From assembly GCA_038087875.1 (NCBI GenBank), contig CM075990.1, positions 2,916,001-2,980,000 on the forward strand: DNA of 64,000 nucleotides. The letters run 5' to 3'. Positions 49,983 to 62,113 of the stretch are shown here, in pieces. The notes below the pieces were generated by a model. The model saw nothing but the letters and a program-made list of their open reading frames with translations. It did not search any database and was not told the origin of the DNA. The DNA is from Malacoraja senta. Its lineage: Eukaryota. The position numbers were made by a program, and so were the translations under genes. The stretch's first letter is position 1; each line of letters opens with the position of its first letter.

Positions 49983-52900
49983 GTTCCATTCACCCACCAT
50001 CCTCTCTGTGAAAAAGTTGCCCCTCAGATTCCTATTAAATCTTTCCCCCTTCACCTTAAACCTCTGTCCTCTGGTTCTCGATTGCCCTACACTGGGCAGG
50101 AGACTCCGTGCTTCTCCCAGATCTATTCCTCGATGTTATGTCCCAAAATTTATAGCACCAAATCTGTGGAATTCTCTGCCTCAGAGGGTGGTGGAGGCAG
50201 GTTCTCTGGATGCTTTCAAGAGAGAGCTGGATAGGGCTCTTAAAAATAGCGGAGTCAGGGGATATGGGGAGAAGGCAGGAATGGGGTTCTGATTGGGGGT
50301 GATCAGCCATGATCACATTGAATGGCGGTGCTGGCTCGAAGGGCCAAATGGCCTGCTCCTGCACCTATTATCTATTGTCTATTGTCTAAATCCCATTGAG
50401 CCAACTCTTCACCTGAGCTGGGCCCACAGCACTGACCCAAGAGACAAGAGCCAAGAGTGGCTCAGCGGTGGAGTTGCTGCCTTACAGCACCAGAGACGCG
50501 GGTTTGATCCTGACTTACCTGTAAGTATGGGAAATAATACACAGAGGTCCAAGAACGAAGCAGCCTTAATCGCAACACCTTCATGTTCCTTTTTGTTCTC
50601 AATAGGAAGCTCCGATTACCTCCCACCACATGCGTGGAACATTCTTTTTTCCCTCCTCATGCATTTATTACGCTCTCTCTTTATGCATTGATATTTGTCA
50701 CTCAAGCACTGTGCACTCACAAATCTCCGGGTAAAGACTTTGCTCCTGAATTGCCTTTTGGATTTATTAGCAAATATTATATATTTATGATGCCCAGCAC
50801 TGCTCCCTGTGCATGATGGGTCGATTATAACCTATCTAAACAAGCCTGAAACTGAACTAAAATAGATTTTTGTGCTGCCGGTTTTTTGCCAATATCACAC
50901 AGAGGTCAGGTTGCGCATTCCTTGAGAAGGGGCTTGTCTTTAGCACTGTTTCTTTATGCACGTTATTGATCTGTGCGGCCTTGAAATAACTAAGCAACAG
51001 TGAAAAGAAGTTACATTTGCGGTGATCTTTATCAACATCCATCATCTCCGTTCTGTCTCAAGACACTCACAATGCATATTATCGTGATGAGTGTGTTAAA
51101 CAATCTCTTATATCAAAGCGCGTTCTGAAAAATGGGCATTGGTGGAAACATTAGGGTACTAAGGAATGAAGTTTTTCTGCGGCATTTATGATCCAGGTAT
51201 TAACCAGGTTATAATGACTGATAGTAATTACATTTGGTAGATGAGACAGAGTGTGTATGAGGTACCTTAGCAAGATGTGTGATATTGCAATGTTTGGCAC
51301 ACCATATACGAACAAATTCTAAAGGGTCACAGTAGGGTAATGGAGTTTAAGATGTGCTTTACCATTCTAGTATGAAGTTATAATTAGGTGTGTGGAGCAG
51401 AGGGGAGAAAGACAGGGTAAGGTGTGTTTAATGTGAGACTGAATGCGGTGGTGACATATAAGGAGTCTATCAGAGTATCTTGTAATGGGATGTAATGGAT
51501 GTAATACTGTGTGAGTGAAATGTAATGTGTAGAGCAGTGTTCACAGTGAGATGTAATGGATTTGGCCGTGTCGTATCAGTTTAGTTTATTGTCACGTGTA
51601 CCGAGGTACAGTGAAAAGCCCTTGTGTGCTATCCAGCCAGTGGAAAGACCATACATGATTACAATTGAGCCATTCGTGTTGTACAGGTACATGACAAGGG
51701 GATAATGTTTAGTTCACACACTAGTGACAATTTACAGAAGCCAATTAACCTCCAAATCCGCACATCTTTGCAACGTGGGAGGAAACCGGAGAGCCTGGAG
51801 GAAACGCATGCGGGCACTGGTAGAATGTACACTAGCACTAACCTACACACACTGCGGACAAGTTACAATTTTTTAGAAGCTAATTCTCCTACAAACCTGC
51901 ACGTCTTTGGAGTGTGGGATTAAACAGGAGCACCCAGAGAAAACCCACGCGGTCACAGGGAGAATATACAAACTTCGTACAGACAGCACCCGTAGTCAGA
52001 ATCAAACCCGGGTCTCCGGCACTGTGAGGCAGGGCCTCTACCACTGCACCACCATGCCGCCCAAATTTGCCTCCAGCTCCCAGCAAGTTTGGAGTCTGAA
52101 GCCAGGTTCTAAAGAAAAAATCTTGGCAAGGGTAAGTATAGTGTTTGCACACAAAGTGCTGGAGTAACTCAACAGGTCAGGCAGATTGGTATGGGCATCA
52201 AAGGTTATGGAGAGAAGGCAGGAGAATGGGGTTGAGAGGGAAAGGTTGATCAGCCACGATGGAATGGCGGAGTAGATTCAATTGACCTAATTCTGCTCCT
52301 ATGATTTATGAACTTATGAACATATGAGGCAGTATCTCTGGAGAACATGGACAGGTGATGTCTCTATGTTCTGCAGCGATGCTGCCTAACTCACTGAGTT
52401 ACTCCAACGCTTTGCACCATTTTTTTGTATACTCATATCTGCAGTTCCTTGTTTCTACAGGCATAATGTCAGGCATGGTGTTTAGTTTAGTTTGATTTAG
52501 AGATATAGGCCCTTCCAAGCCGAACATTAATCACCCTTTAAAGTGAGAACACCTTCTATGGTTTATGCTATAGTTTTTTAAAAGTCTAGTTTAGTTTAGT
52601 TTAGAGATACAGTGCGGAAACAGGCCCTTCTGCCCGACCGAGTCTGTGCCGACCTGCATATTAACACTATCCTACACACACTAGGGACAATTTACAATTA
52701 TAACAAGCCTATTAACATACAAACCTGCACGCTTTTGGAAGGGGGGGAGGAAACCGGAGGAAACCAACGTGGCCACAGGGAGAGCGTACAATCTCCGTAC
52801 AGACAGCACCTGTAGTCAGGATTAAACCCGGGTCTCTGGCGCTGTGAGGCAGCAACTCTACCGCTACGCCACCAGGCCAAGAGTGAATGGCTCTGAGAAT

Positions 52901-53299
52901 TCCTTCATCTTCTCCATTCTCAGTTGCAGGGGAACCACCTGTTCTCTTCACAGCAACGTGGACATACAAATCCACCTTACCCGCATGCTGGTCTCTCCTG
53001 TCATGTCTTATTGGCCACCACCAGTGAAAGGGAACTGTTTCAGTCCTTTCTTTTTAACCAAAAATAAATGTATTGAATTATTTGCCACAAAAATATTTTC
53101 AAACAAACAACACCAACAAATATTCTAAATACTAAATATTTTCTAGTATTTGATTAGTACGGGTGTCAGGGGTTATGGGGAGAAGGCAGGAGAATGGGGT
53201 TAGGAGGGAGAGATAGATCAGTCATGATTGAATGGCGGAGTAGACTTAATGGTCCGAGCGGCCTAATTCTGCTCCTATCACTCATGAACATGTACTTAT

Positions 53300-53480
53300 G
53301 TAATATTGAACTACTATATTACAATCCTGGTCCAGGATGCATTCAACCACCTCGTGGTGCCCAGCTGATCCAGGACCCCTCTATGGTGCCCGTGTACACC
53401 GCCTGTTCCATTTCAAGGGACATCCGGGCGCGGACATAACCCCGGAAAAGAGGCAGGCAGTCGGCTCGGGCGGAGCGCGA
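53300..53480 (-). mobile_element. Tx1-type LINE ORF2 C-terminal fragment
   Basis: Manual minus translation ARADCLPLFRGYVRARMSLEMEQAVYTGTIEGSWISWAPRG, then (frameshift) VECILDQD; resembles vertebrate Tx1 ORF2 ends. Confidence 0.7.
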
Positions 53481-54566
53481 GAGATTTCTGCTCTCACGGT
53501 TGAAGTGTCATCAGAGTGCGGAGGCATGAGCTCGATGGAGGAAGCCACCAAACATTGGGCACGAGCTCAGACACAGAAGGAGCGTCGATGGCTGAATTGA
53601 TTTATTGTATTGATTTATCTCTGTGGCTGACGATGTATTACATACAGCATTCCACAACGCACTTAACCAATCTTGTGGGTCATTGATCTGCATGTGGTGC
53701 TTGCATCCAGGCCCCTGGCTTCTGGTACTGATGGCCACGGCTTGCTTGTCCTGCCCAACTCTGAACATGTACATGGAAGCCTCCATACCAGTTGGAAATG
53801 CTGGATAGCTGTCCTTTCCACCACCTCCTTCATTGAAGTACTCACAACCCCAGCCTCTCCCTTGTTGTCACTTAAGTTTAGCTTAGAGACACAGCAAGGA
53901 AACAGGCCCTTCCGCCCACGGAGTCCGCGCCGACCATCGAACAGCCGTTCACATTTGTTCTACGTTATCCCACTTTCTCATCCACTCCCTGCACACTAGG
54001 TGTGTAGGAAGGAACAGCAGATGCTGGTTTAAACCAAAGATAGACACAAAATGCTGGACTAACTCAGCAGGACAGGCAGCATCTCTGGAGAAAATAAATG
54101 TGAGATGTTTTGGGTCAAGACCCTTCTTCAGACTGATCACGTTTCGGGTCGAGGCCTTTCTTCATGAACTCGCTGCACACTAGTGTCAATTTGCAGAGGG
54201 CCAATTAACCTACAAATCCGCACGTCTTCGGAATGTGGGAAGAAACCGGAGCTTCCCTGGGGAAACCTGAACAATCACAGGGAGAACGTGCAAACTCCAC
54301 ACAGACAGACAGCACCGGAGGTCAGGATCGTACCCGGGTCTCTGGTATTGTGAAGCAGTAGCTCTACCAGCGGTGCCACTGTGCCTTCTAAATGTCTTCA
54401 GGCCTGTACTCATCCTAACATCCATCGCAATGCTGACTTACACCCTGTGTATGGTGGAAAGCCCCGACATGTCATGTGTTGGTCTATTGATTATTGAAGC
54501 TTTGAAAGATAGTAACATGCCCATTGTGGCAGTAGCTCTACTGGCTGTTCCACAGTGCTGCCACTT

Positions 54567-54970
54567 TTAGTTTAGTTTAGTTTAGTTTAGTTTAGTTTAG
54601 TTTGGTTTAGTTTGGTTTCAATCTAGTTAAGTTTAGTTTAATTTAGTTTAGTTAAGTTTAGTTAAGTTTAGTTAAGTTTAGTTTAGTTTAGTTTACTTAA
54701 GTTAAGTTAAGTTAAGTTAAGTTAAGTTAAGTTAAGTTAAGTTAAGTTTAGTTAAGTTTAGTTTAGTTTAGTTTAGTTTAGTTTAGTTTAGTTTAGTTAA
54801 GTTAAGTTAAGTTAAGTTAAGTTAAGTTAAGTTTAGTTTAGTTTAGTTTAGTTTAGTGTAGTTTAGTTTAGTTTAGTTTAGTTTAGTTTAGTATTGTTAA
54901 GTTTAGGTTAGTTTAGTTTAGGTTAGTTTAGTTAAGTTTAGGTGAGTTAAGTTAAATTTAGTTTAGTTTA
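54567..54970. repeat. (TTTAG)n/(TTAAG)n pentanucleotide array, expanded retroposon tail
   Basis: Continuous with the minus-strand Rex1 tail tttattgtcccgtgtacc. Confidence 0.95.
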
Positions 54971-55755
54971 TTGTCCCGTGTACCGAAATACAGTGAAAAG
55001 CTTTCCTTGCGTGCTATCCAATCAGCGGAAAGACAATACATGATTACAATCAAGCCATCCACAGTGTGCAGATTCACAGATTCACAGAGTCTCTTGCCCA
55101 GAGTAGGGTAGTCGAGAACCAGGGATACAGGTTTAAGGTGAGGGGCGGAGAATTTAATGGGAACCTGAGGGGTAATTTCTTCACACAAAGGTTGATAGCG
55201 GTGTGGAACAAGCTGCCAGAGGAGATAGTTGAAGCAAGGACTATCGCAACATTTAGACAAGTACGTGGATAGGACAGGTTTAAAGGGATATTGACCAAAT
55301 ACAGGCAGGTGGGACTAGTGTAGCTGGGACACGTTGGCAAGTTGTTTCCACACTGTATCACTCTATGACTCTACAACGATAAAGGGATTAACATGAATAA
55401 TGTTTAGTGGAAGATAAAGTCCAGTAAAGTCAGATTAAAGATAGTCCATGAGTCTCCAATGCGGTATATCGTAACTCTGGACTGCTCGCTAGTTGGTGAT
55501 AGGATGGTTCAATTGATGATAACAGCCGGGAAGAAACTGTCCTGAATCTGGAGGTGTCCGTTTTCACACTTCTGTAACTCTTGCCTGATGGGAGAGGGGA
55601 GAAGAGGGAGTGGCCAGCGGTGCGACTCGTCTTGATTATGCTGCTGGCCTTGCCGAGGCAGCGCAGAGCGTAGATGGAGTCAATGAAAGGGAGGTTGGTT
55701 TGTGTGATGGTCTGGGCTGCGTCCACAATTCTCTGCAATGCTTTGCGATTTCTTT
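54970..55755 (-). mobile_element. Rex1/Babar 3' fragment split by a plus-strand HER1 3' end (about 55080-55373)
   Basis: RKALQRIVDAAQTITQTNLPFIDSIYALRCLGKASSIIK on the minus strand. Confidence 0.85.
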
Positions 55756-55796
55756 CACTGCTTATTTCGATTAGACACACTTGATAAAACGATTTC

Positions 55797-56232
55797 TAAC
55801 TGCACCCACTGTAACTGCAGCCACTGTAACTGCACCCACTGTAACTGCACCCACTGTAACTGCACCCACTGTAACTGCACCCACTGTAACTGCACCCACT
55901 GTAACTGCACCCACTGTAACTGCACCCACTGTAACTGCACCCACTGTAACTGCACCCACTGTAACTGCACCCACTGTAACTGCACCCACTGTAACTGCAC
56001 CCACTGTAACTGCACCCACTGTAACTGCACCCACTGTAACTGCACCCACTGTAACTGCACCCACTGTAACTGTACCCACTGTAACTGTACCCACTGTAAC
56101 TGCACCCACTGTAACTGCACCCACTGTAACTGCACCCACTGTAACTGTACCCACTGTAACTGCACCCACTGTAACTGCACCCACTGTAACTGTACCCACT
56201 GTAACTGTACCCACTGTAACTGCACCCACTGT
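55797..56232. repeat. 15-bp minisatellite (TAACTGCACCCACTG), about 29 units
   Basis: Direct reading; a few C>T variant units in the distal third. Confidence 0.98.
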
Positions 56233-56421
56233 TTCTCGCCTCCTATTGACAGTCAGAAGAAGGGTCTCGACCCGAAACATCACCCATTCCTTCTCTCCAG
56301 AGATGCTGCCTGTCCCGCTGAGTTACTCCAGCTTTTTGAGTGTTGCCTATTCTTACGCGGTTAGCACTGACTGAATGCTGAAATCATTAAAATGAGAAAG
56401 GAGCATGAAGTTAGAGTGTTA

Positions 56422-57092
56422 AGTCCCTGTCCACTTACGTGTCCTTAGCACGCTAATTACACGACCTCGTTGTCGCGTTGAGGCACGATAGTCCCGTGAA
56501 GGTCGCGCGCGATTTCATGTGCCCGCACAGCCGTCTGGAGCGCGTGACGTCATTTGAAGATGGACACAAAGCAGGAGTAACAAAGCGGCAGCATCTCTGG
56601 AGAGAAGGAATGCATGATGTTTCGGGTCAAGACTTCTTCAGTCTGAAAGAAGGGTCTTGACCCGAAACGTCACAGTGACACAGCCGGTCCCGCTGAGTTA
56701 CTCCAGCATTTTGTGTCTATCTTCAATTTTCTTGGCCCCGCTCTGGGAGTAGAAGTGGGGGCGGATCCGGATCCGCAACGGCCATGAGCCCCAGGCCGAG
56801 TTCGGCGATCGTTCACCCGCTTCTGCTGCTGTTGGAGGTGAGACGTTGCATCGCGCCGGGATCTTGGGCCTGTCCCACTTTGGCCGTCAGTTACGCGACA
56901 GGCCGGTGGCGCGCGAAGATTTTGTTCGCTACAAACATTTCGGAGCCCCGCGCGATGTCGCGCACAACTACATACCCCTCCGCGCTTCTCAGTGGGACCG
57001 GCCCCGCGCAGCCACACGATGCCCGTGCGCCTCAATGCGACGACGAGGTCGCGTAATTTGCGTGCCAAGGACACGTAAGTGGGACAGGCCCT
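56422..57092. mobile_element. PIF/Harbinger-type element family C containing a palindromic pseudo-LTR
   Basis: Imperfect TIRs of about 65 bp, agtccctgtccacttacgtgtcctt / aaggacacgtaagtgggacaggccct; TTA TSD at 56419-56421 and 57093-57095. Confidence 0.85.
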
Positions 57093-57903
57093 TTACTGCA
57101 CTACAATTGTCAGGGGCATAAAATTGTTCTTCAAACTGTTTGCCTGGAACATGGAATCTGGTCTCCTACAATAGACACAAAAATCCAGGAGTAACTCAGC
57201 GGGACAGGCAGCATTTCAGGAGAGAAGGAATGGGTGGCGTTTCGGGTCGAGACCCTTCTTCAGACGTCTCTGGATAGAAGGAACTTCTGCAATGTTACAT
57301 GTAGGAAGGAACTGCAGATGCTGGTTTAAACCGAAGATAGACACAAAAAGCTGGAGTAACTCAGCGGGACAGGCAGCATCTCTGGAGGGAGGAAATGGGT
57401 GACATTTTGGGCCGAGACCTTTCTTCAGACCAATGTCTATAATGTTACATTAAGGGGGTGGATTAATAAAGCTGATGAGTTACACAAGTATTATAATAAA
57501 AGTATTATTATTTGACAGAAAGATAGTGTTGGGCTGGTATATGTATAATTCTAAATAATGCCAGAGTCAATCTAACATTGCTTTTTTAAATTGAGCTATC
57601 AATATGTTTCTTTTCCCAGCATCTCCATTCAATGGATCAGCAGTGATGTATTACACGAGTGTGCAGGAAGGAACTGCAGATGCTGGTTCAAACCAAAGAT
57701 AGACGCAAAAAGCTGGAGTAAAGCGGGTCAGGCAGCATCTCTGGAGAAAAGGAATGGGTGACATTCCAAGACAAGAACCCTTTCTCCCAGAGATGCTGCC
57801 TGACCCGCAGAGTTACTCCAGCTTTTTAGTTTACTTTAAAGACACAGCGCGGAAACAGGCCCTTCGGCTCACCGAGTCCGCGCCGACCAGCGATCCCCGC
57901 ACA

Positions 57904-58044
57904 TTCTTCTTCTTCTTTCGTGTGGCGTGCACAGCCTAAAGTTGTAGGTCAACTTGTTCTATTTGATCTACTGTTTGTGCACGTCGAGTTGATTGCATTA
58001 GTCTATACCGGGCAGACCACGTGAAGGTTGCAACCTTCCACCCC
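57904..58044 (-). mobile_element. 141-bp SINE-like retroposon with (GAA)n tail and 11-bp TSD (Vingi/ingi- or RTE-dependent candidate)
   Basis: TSD atccccgcaca at 57893-57903 and 58045-58055 inside an HE1 SINE; minus-strand tail cacgaaagaagaagaagaa. Confidence 0.9.
57991..58044 (-). ncRNA. Minimal HDV-like (CPEB3-type) self-cleaving ribozyme motif
   Basis: GGGGUGG(P1) AA GGUUGCA(P2) ACC(P3) UUCACGU(L3) GGU(P3') CUGCCCG(P1') G UAUAGA C UAA UGCAAUC(P2'). Confidence 0.85.
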
Positions 58045-59411
58045 ATCCCCGCACACTAACACTATCCTACACACACTAGGGAACATTTTACATTTATACC
58101 AAGCCAATTAACCTGCAAACCTGCACGTCTTTGGAGCGTGGGAGGAAACCGAAGATCTCGGAGAAAACCCACGTGGTCACGGGGAGAACGTGCAAACTCC
58201 GTACAGACAGCACCAATAGTCGGGATCGAACCCGGGTCTCTGGCGCTGCAAGGCAGCAACTCTACCCCTGCTCCACCCGTGCTGCCCTTTGTATCTGTGT
58301 CTAGCTTTTGTATTTGAGATTGTATTGTGTTTGTGCTTGTTTGAACGTGTGTGTGTGTGTACATGTGTGTAGTGAGTGGGCTTGCTGTAACGGTGTGAGT
58401 GGATAATATTTATTAAGGGCGGTGCAGCGGTAGAGTTGCTGCCTTACAACGCCGGAGACCTGGGTTCGATTCAACACACAAGTTTCAAGCTGTATGGAAT
58501 TTGCACAATGACTGCGTGGGTTTTCTCCGGGTGCTCCGGGTTCCCTCCCACATCCCAGAGACGTAACGGTTTGTAGGTTAATTGGCTTCTGTACCATGTA
58601 AATCGTCTCTAGTGTGTAGGATAGAGCTAGTGTACGGGATGTTTGCTGGTAGGCGCGGACTCACGCGGACAGAGCCAAAGGGCCTGTTTCCACTCGACAG
58701 ATGCTGGTTTATACCAAAGATAGACACAAAATGTTGGAGATACTCAGCTGGTCAGGCAGCATCTCAGGACTAAATGGACAGGCGACGTTTCAGGTCGGGA
58801 CCGTTCGTCAGACTCTCCCTCAGATGTTCCCTGGCCCGTTGCATCAATCCAGCATTTTGTGTCAATTTAGTTTTTAGATTCAATTTTTGTTTCACAGTGT
58901 GGAAAGAAACAGGCCCTTCGGCCTACCGAGTCCGCGCTGACCAGCGATCCCCACACACTAGCACTATACCACACGCTCGGGACTCTTTACAATTTTACCA
59001 AAGCCAATTAACCTACAAACCTGCATGTCTTTGGAGGTAGTCAAAAGAGCTGGAGATACTCAGCGGGTGTGGCAGCATCTATGGAGCGAAGGAAATAGGC
59101 AACGTTTCGGGCAGAAACCCTTCTTCAGACGAGGAATGAGGGAGGAAACCGGAACAGGTCACAGGGAGAACGTAAAAACTCCGTACAGACAGCACCCGCA
59201 GTCAGGATTGAACCCGGGTCTCTAGCACTGTGAGGTAGCAACTCCACGGCCCTCCGCCCTCTCTTCTGCTTCAGGTGCTGCTTGACCCACTGAGTTATTC
59301 CAGCATTTTGTGTCTATCTGCACTATTTATTATTCTGGTTTTACAACTATGCTGTACACCTCAGACCATGCAGAGTGCAATTAATTTCTAACGCAGCAAG
59401 CCTTGATATAT

Positions 59412-60097
59412 GGTCGACAAAATATGCTGAAGAAACTCAGCGGGTGCAGCAACATCAATGGAGAGAAGGAAATAGGCAACGTTTCAGGCCAATAGACAAT
59501 AGACAATAGGTGCAGGAGTAGGCCATTTGGCCCTTCGAGCCAGCACCGCCATTCAATGTGATCATGGCTGATCATCCCCAATCAGTACCCCGTTCCTGCC
59601 TTCTCCCCCATATCCCCTGGCTCCGCTATTTTTAAGAGCCCTATCTAGCTCTCTCTTGAAAGCATCCAGAGAACCGGCCTCCACTGCCCTCTGAGGCAGA
59701 GAATTCCACAGACTCACGACTTTCTGTGAGAAAAAGTGTTTCCTCGTCTCCGTTCTAAAGGCTTACCCCTTATCCTTGAAATGTGGCTCCTGGTTCTGGA
59801 CTCCCACAACATCGGGAACATGTTTCCTGCCTCTAGTGTGTCCAAGCCCTTAACAATTTTATATGTTTCAATGAGATGCCCTCTCATCCTTCAAAACTCC
59901 AGAGTGCACAAGCCCAACTGCTCCATTCTCTCAGCATATGACAGTCCCGCCATCCCGGGAATTAACCTTGTAAACCTTCGCTGGACCTTCCTCAAATTAG
60001 GGGACCAAAACTGCACACACTTAAGGGCCGAAACCCTTAAGAGTTTCTCCAGCATTTTTGTCTACCTTCGATTTTCCAGCATCTGCAGTTCCTTCTT
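59412..60097. mobile_element. Inverted pseudo-LTR pair with 14-bp TSD enclosing a minus-strand CR1 fragment (59491-60020)
   Basis: TSD aagccttgatatat at 59398-59411 and 60098-60111. Confidence 0.85.
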
Positions 60098-61381
60098 AAG
60101 CCTTGATATATTCTGTGTTGTTTCGGAAAATCATTATCAGGGTAGAGTATTCAGCGACTCGTTGGAAGCAATGGTTTGGGAGATTTGCAAGCAATGAGCA
60201 AGAAGGGGAAGCTGGCAGTGAGAAAGGGAGAAGATGATGGATGCAGAAAGTGAGGGAAGTTGCAGTGTGGAAGACTGAGGAACCATCAGACGAAGAGAAA
60301 TTAAGTTCATGTGGAAGAACGCAAGAAGTGAAACATGGATCTACTGATAGATGGCTAGCAATGCAACTGCATGCAGTGTAAAGCACAGGTGGAATCCAGT
60401 CGCTCAATCGACCGATTCTCATGATACGGTGAAGTGCTAGAGATTTGAGGGCTTGAATATCATCAAAGCTGCTCATTTGGATCAGTGCAGACGCGGCATT
60501 TTGCATCCCTTATATTCCGTCGCTGAACATTTGTTTAAATATAATAACCCTCGATTTTTCAATTGCATCCATTATCCGTGCCGAGAAGGGGGGAGAAAGT
60601 GAAACACTGGTATAGATGTCGGTTGCTTGAGGGAAGTGAAGGGGTGTGTTCTTTGAATCATCTTTAGCTGCAGCCGGCAGGAATCAGTGGGTTGATCGTC
60701 AGGCTGGGGCGGAGGGAACGCATTTATATATTTTTTAAGTCGCTGTCATTTCCAACAAACTGTATCCAACCCTTCTGTAAATTGCTTCCATTCAGAGTTT
60801 AATATCAGGTACTCTTAAAGGGAAAACACTGTCATCCATCTCGCAATGTAATAAGGAATTTCATCTGCCACTATGTGTTGCCTTGTGCAAGGAAGATTGA
60901 ATATTGATGAAGCTAAAAAACTCCACGGAGCGATTTTCTGTCTGGTGGGGAGATGGGGAGGCGTGCGTGCAGTGAGCAGCAGCCCTCGTTCCATTCCCAA
61001 AGGAAAATATACACCTCTCTCAATATTCAAAATAATTTTATTTTTGAAGTACAGAAAGGCATATCAATCTCACTTTGGATCACCAGGGTCTTATTTGTTT
61101 GCGTGGGATGTAAAGAGCTGGTCCAATCACCAGAACCATGGTTCAGGTTCCACTTTAAAAATAACACACTGCCCTTTGCTTCCACTTTGCTGTCTTAAGC
61201 AAGACAGAATGCCTGACTTATTAGAAAGGCTCTCTGCCTTAATATATTGCTGCCTCGCTCAAATGAATGTCAACTTGACAATTTTTAAGGAAGCAGTTAT
61301 TTTCCAGCATATCTATAACTTTGTAAGCCTTTCTCGACCCCCCCCTTCCACCCCCCCCCCCCCACACACAATTCCCCCACT

Positions 61382-61690
61382 GGGCGGCACAGTGGCGCAG
61401 CGGTAGAGTTGCTGCCTCACAGCACCAGAGACCCGGGTTCGATCCTGAGTATGGGTGCTGTCTGTACGGAGTTTGTTCGTTCTCCCTGTGACCACGTGGG
61501 TTTTCTCCGGGTGCTCCGGTTTCCTCCCACACTGCAAAGACGTACGGGTTTGCAGGCTGATTGGTTTCGGTAAAATTGTAAATTGTCCCGAGTGTGTGCG
61601 GGATAGTGTTAGTGTGCGGGGGTCGCTGGTCGGCGCGGTCCCGGTGGGCCGAAGGGCCTGTTTCCGCGCTGTAGCTCTAAACTAAACGAA
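61382..61690 (+). mobile_element. HE1/V-SINE, full length
   Basis: gggcggcacagtggcgcagcggtagag head, B box, V-domain, tail. Confidence 0.92.
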
Positions 61691-61714
61691 ACAATTATTC
61701 AATTTAATTGTTTC

Positions 61715-61965
61715 ACCTTCTTACAGGAATGATTGTATCCCTGGCTGGGGCGGCTGTAAACTCGCCCACATGGTCCCGACCACGGGAAAAAATAGAGGAG
61801 GACTGACTGAACTTTGTGCTTCCACCACAGTGATGAAATCTGTTGTGGATGTTTTGTGTTACATTTTTTATTGTGTATTGTGTGTTCTTTTCTATTGTAC
61901 CGCTGCTGGCAAATTCATTTCACTGCACTCCATTCTGTATGTGATGAATAAAACTGACTATTGAA
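61715..61965 (+). mobile_element. 3' end of a GC-rich retroposon relative
   Basis: gcttccaccacag...ctgttgtggatgtt hairpin; atttcactgcac...gaataaaactgactattga tail like the Rex1 copy ending at 32836. Confidence 0.6.
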
Positions 61966-62113
61966 ACTCACACACATACACACAAACAGCCTTGCAGACA
62001 CACTGACGATCAAGTACACAAGTATGCACATGTGCAAATGTGCATGGAAGTGCACACATATGGAGCACACACCCACACACCCACACACAAACACACTCAC
62101 AATATTTACTGAA

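Noticed and set aside
55797..56232. CRISPR-like regular repeat
   Set aside because: No unique spacers; pure tandem array in vertebrate-type DNA.
55738..56364. Cys-rich (NCTHC)n ORF resembling a metallothionein or keratin-associated protein
   Set aside because: DNA units are near-identical with no synonymous variation, and the ORF begins and ends in transposon sequence.
60706..60730. GC box next to a TATA-like sequence as a promoter
   Set aside because: Only two short motifs, with no CpG island or downstream exon evidence.
61382..61455. tRNA gene-like sequences with A and B boxes
   Set aside because: All continue into the V-domain and LINE tail, so they are SINE heads, not tRNA genes.
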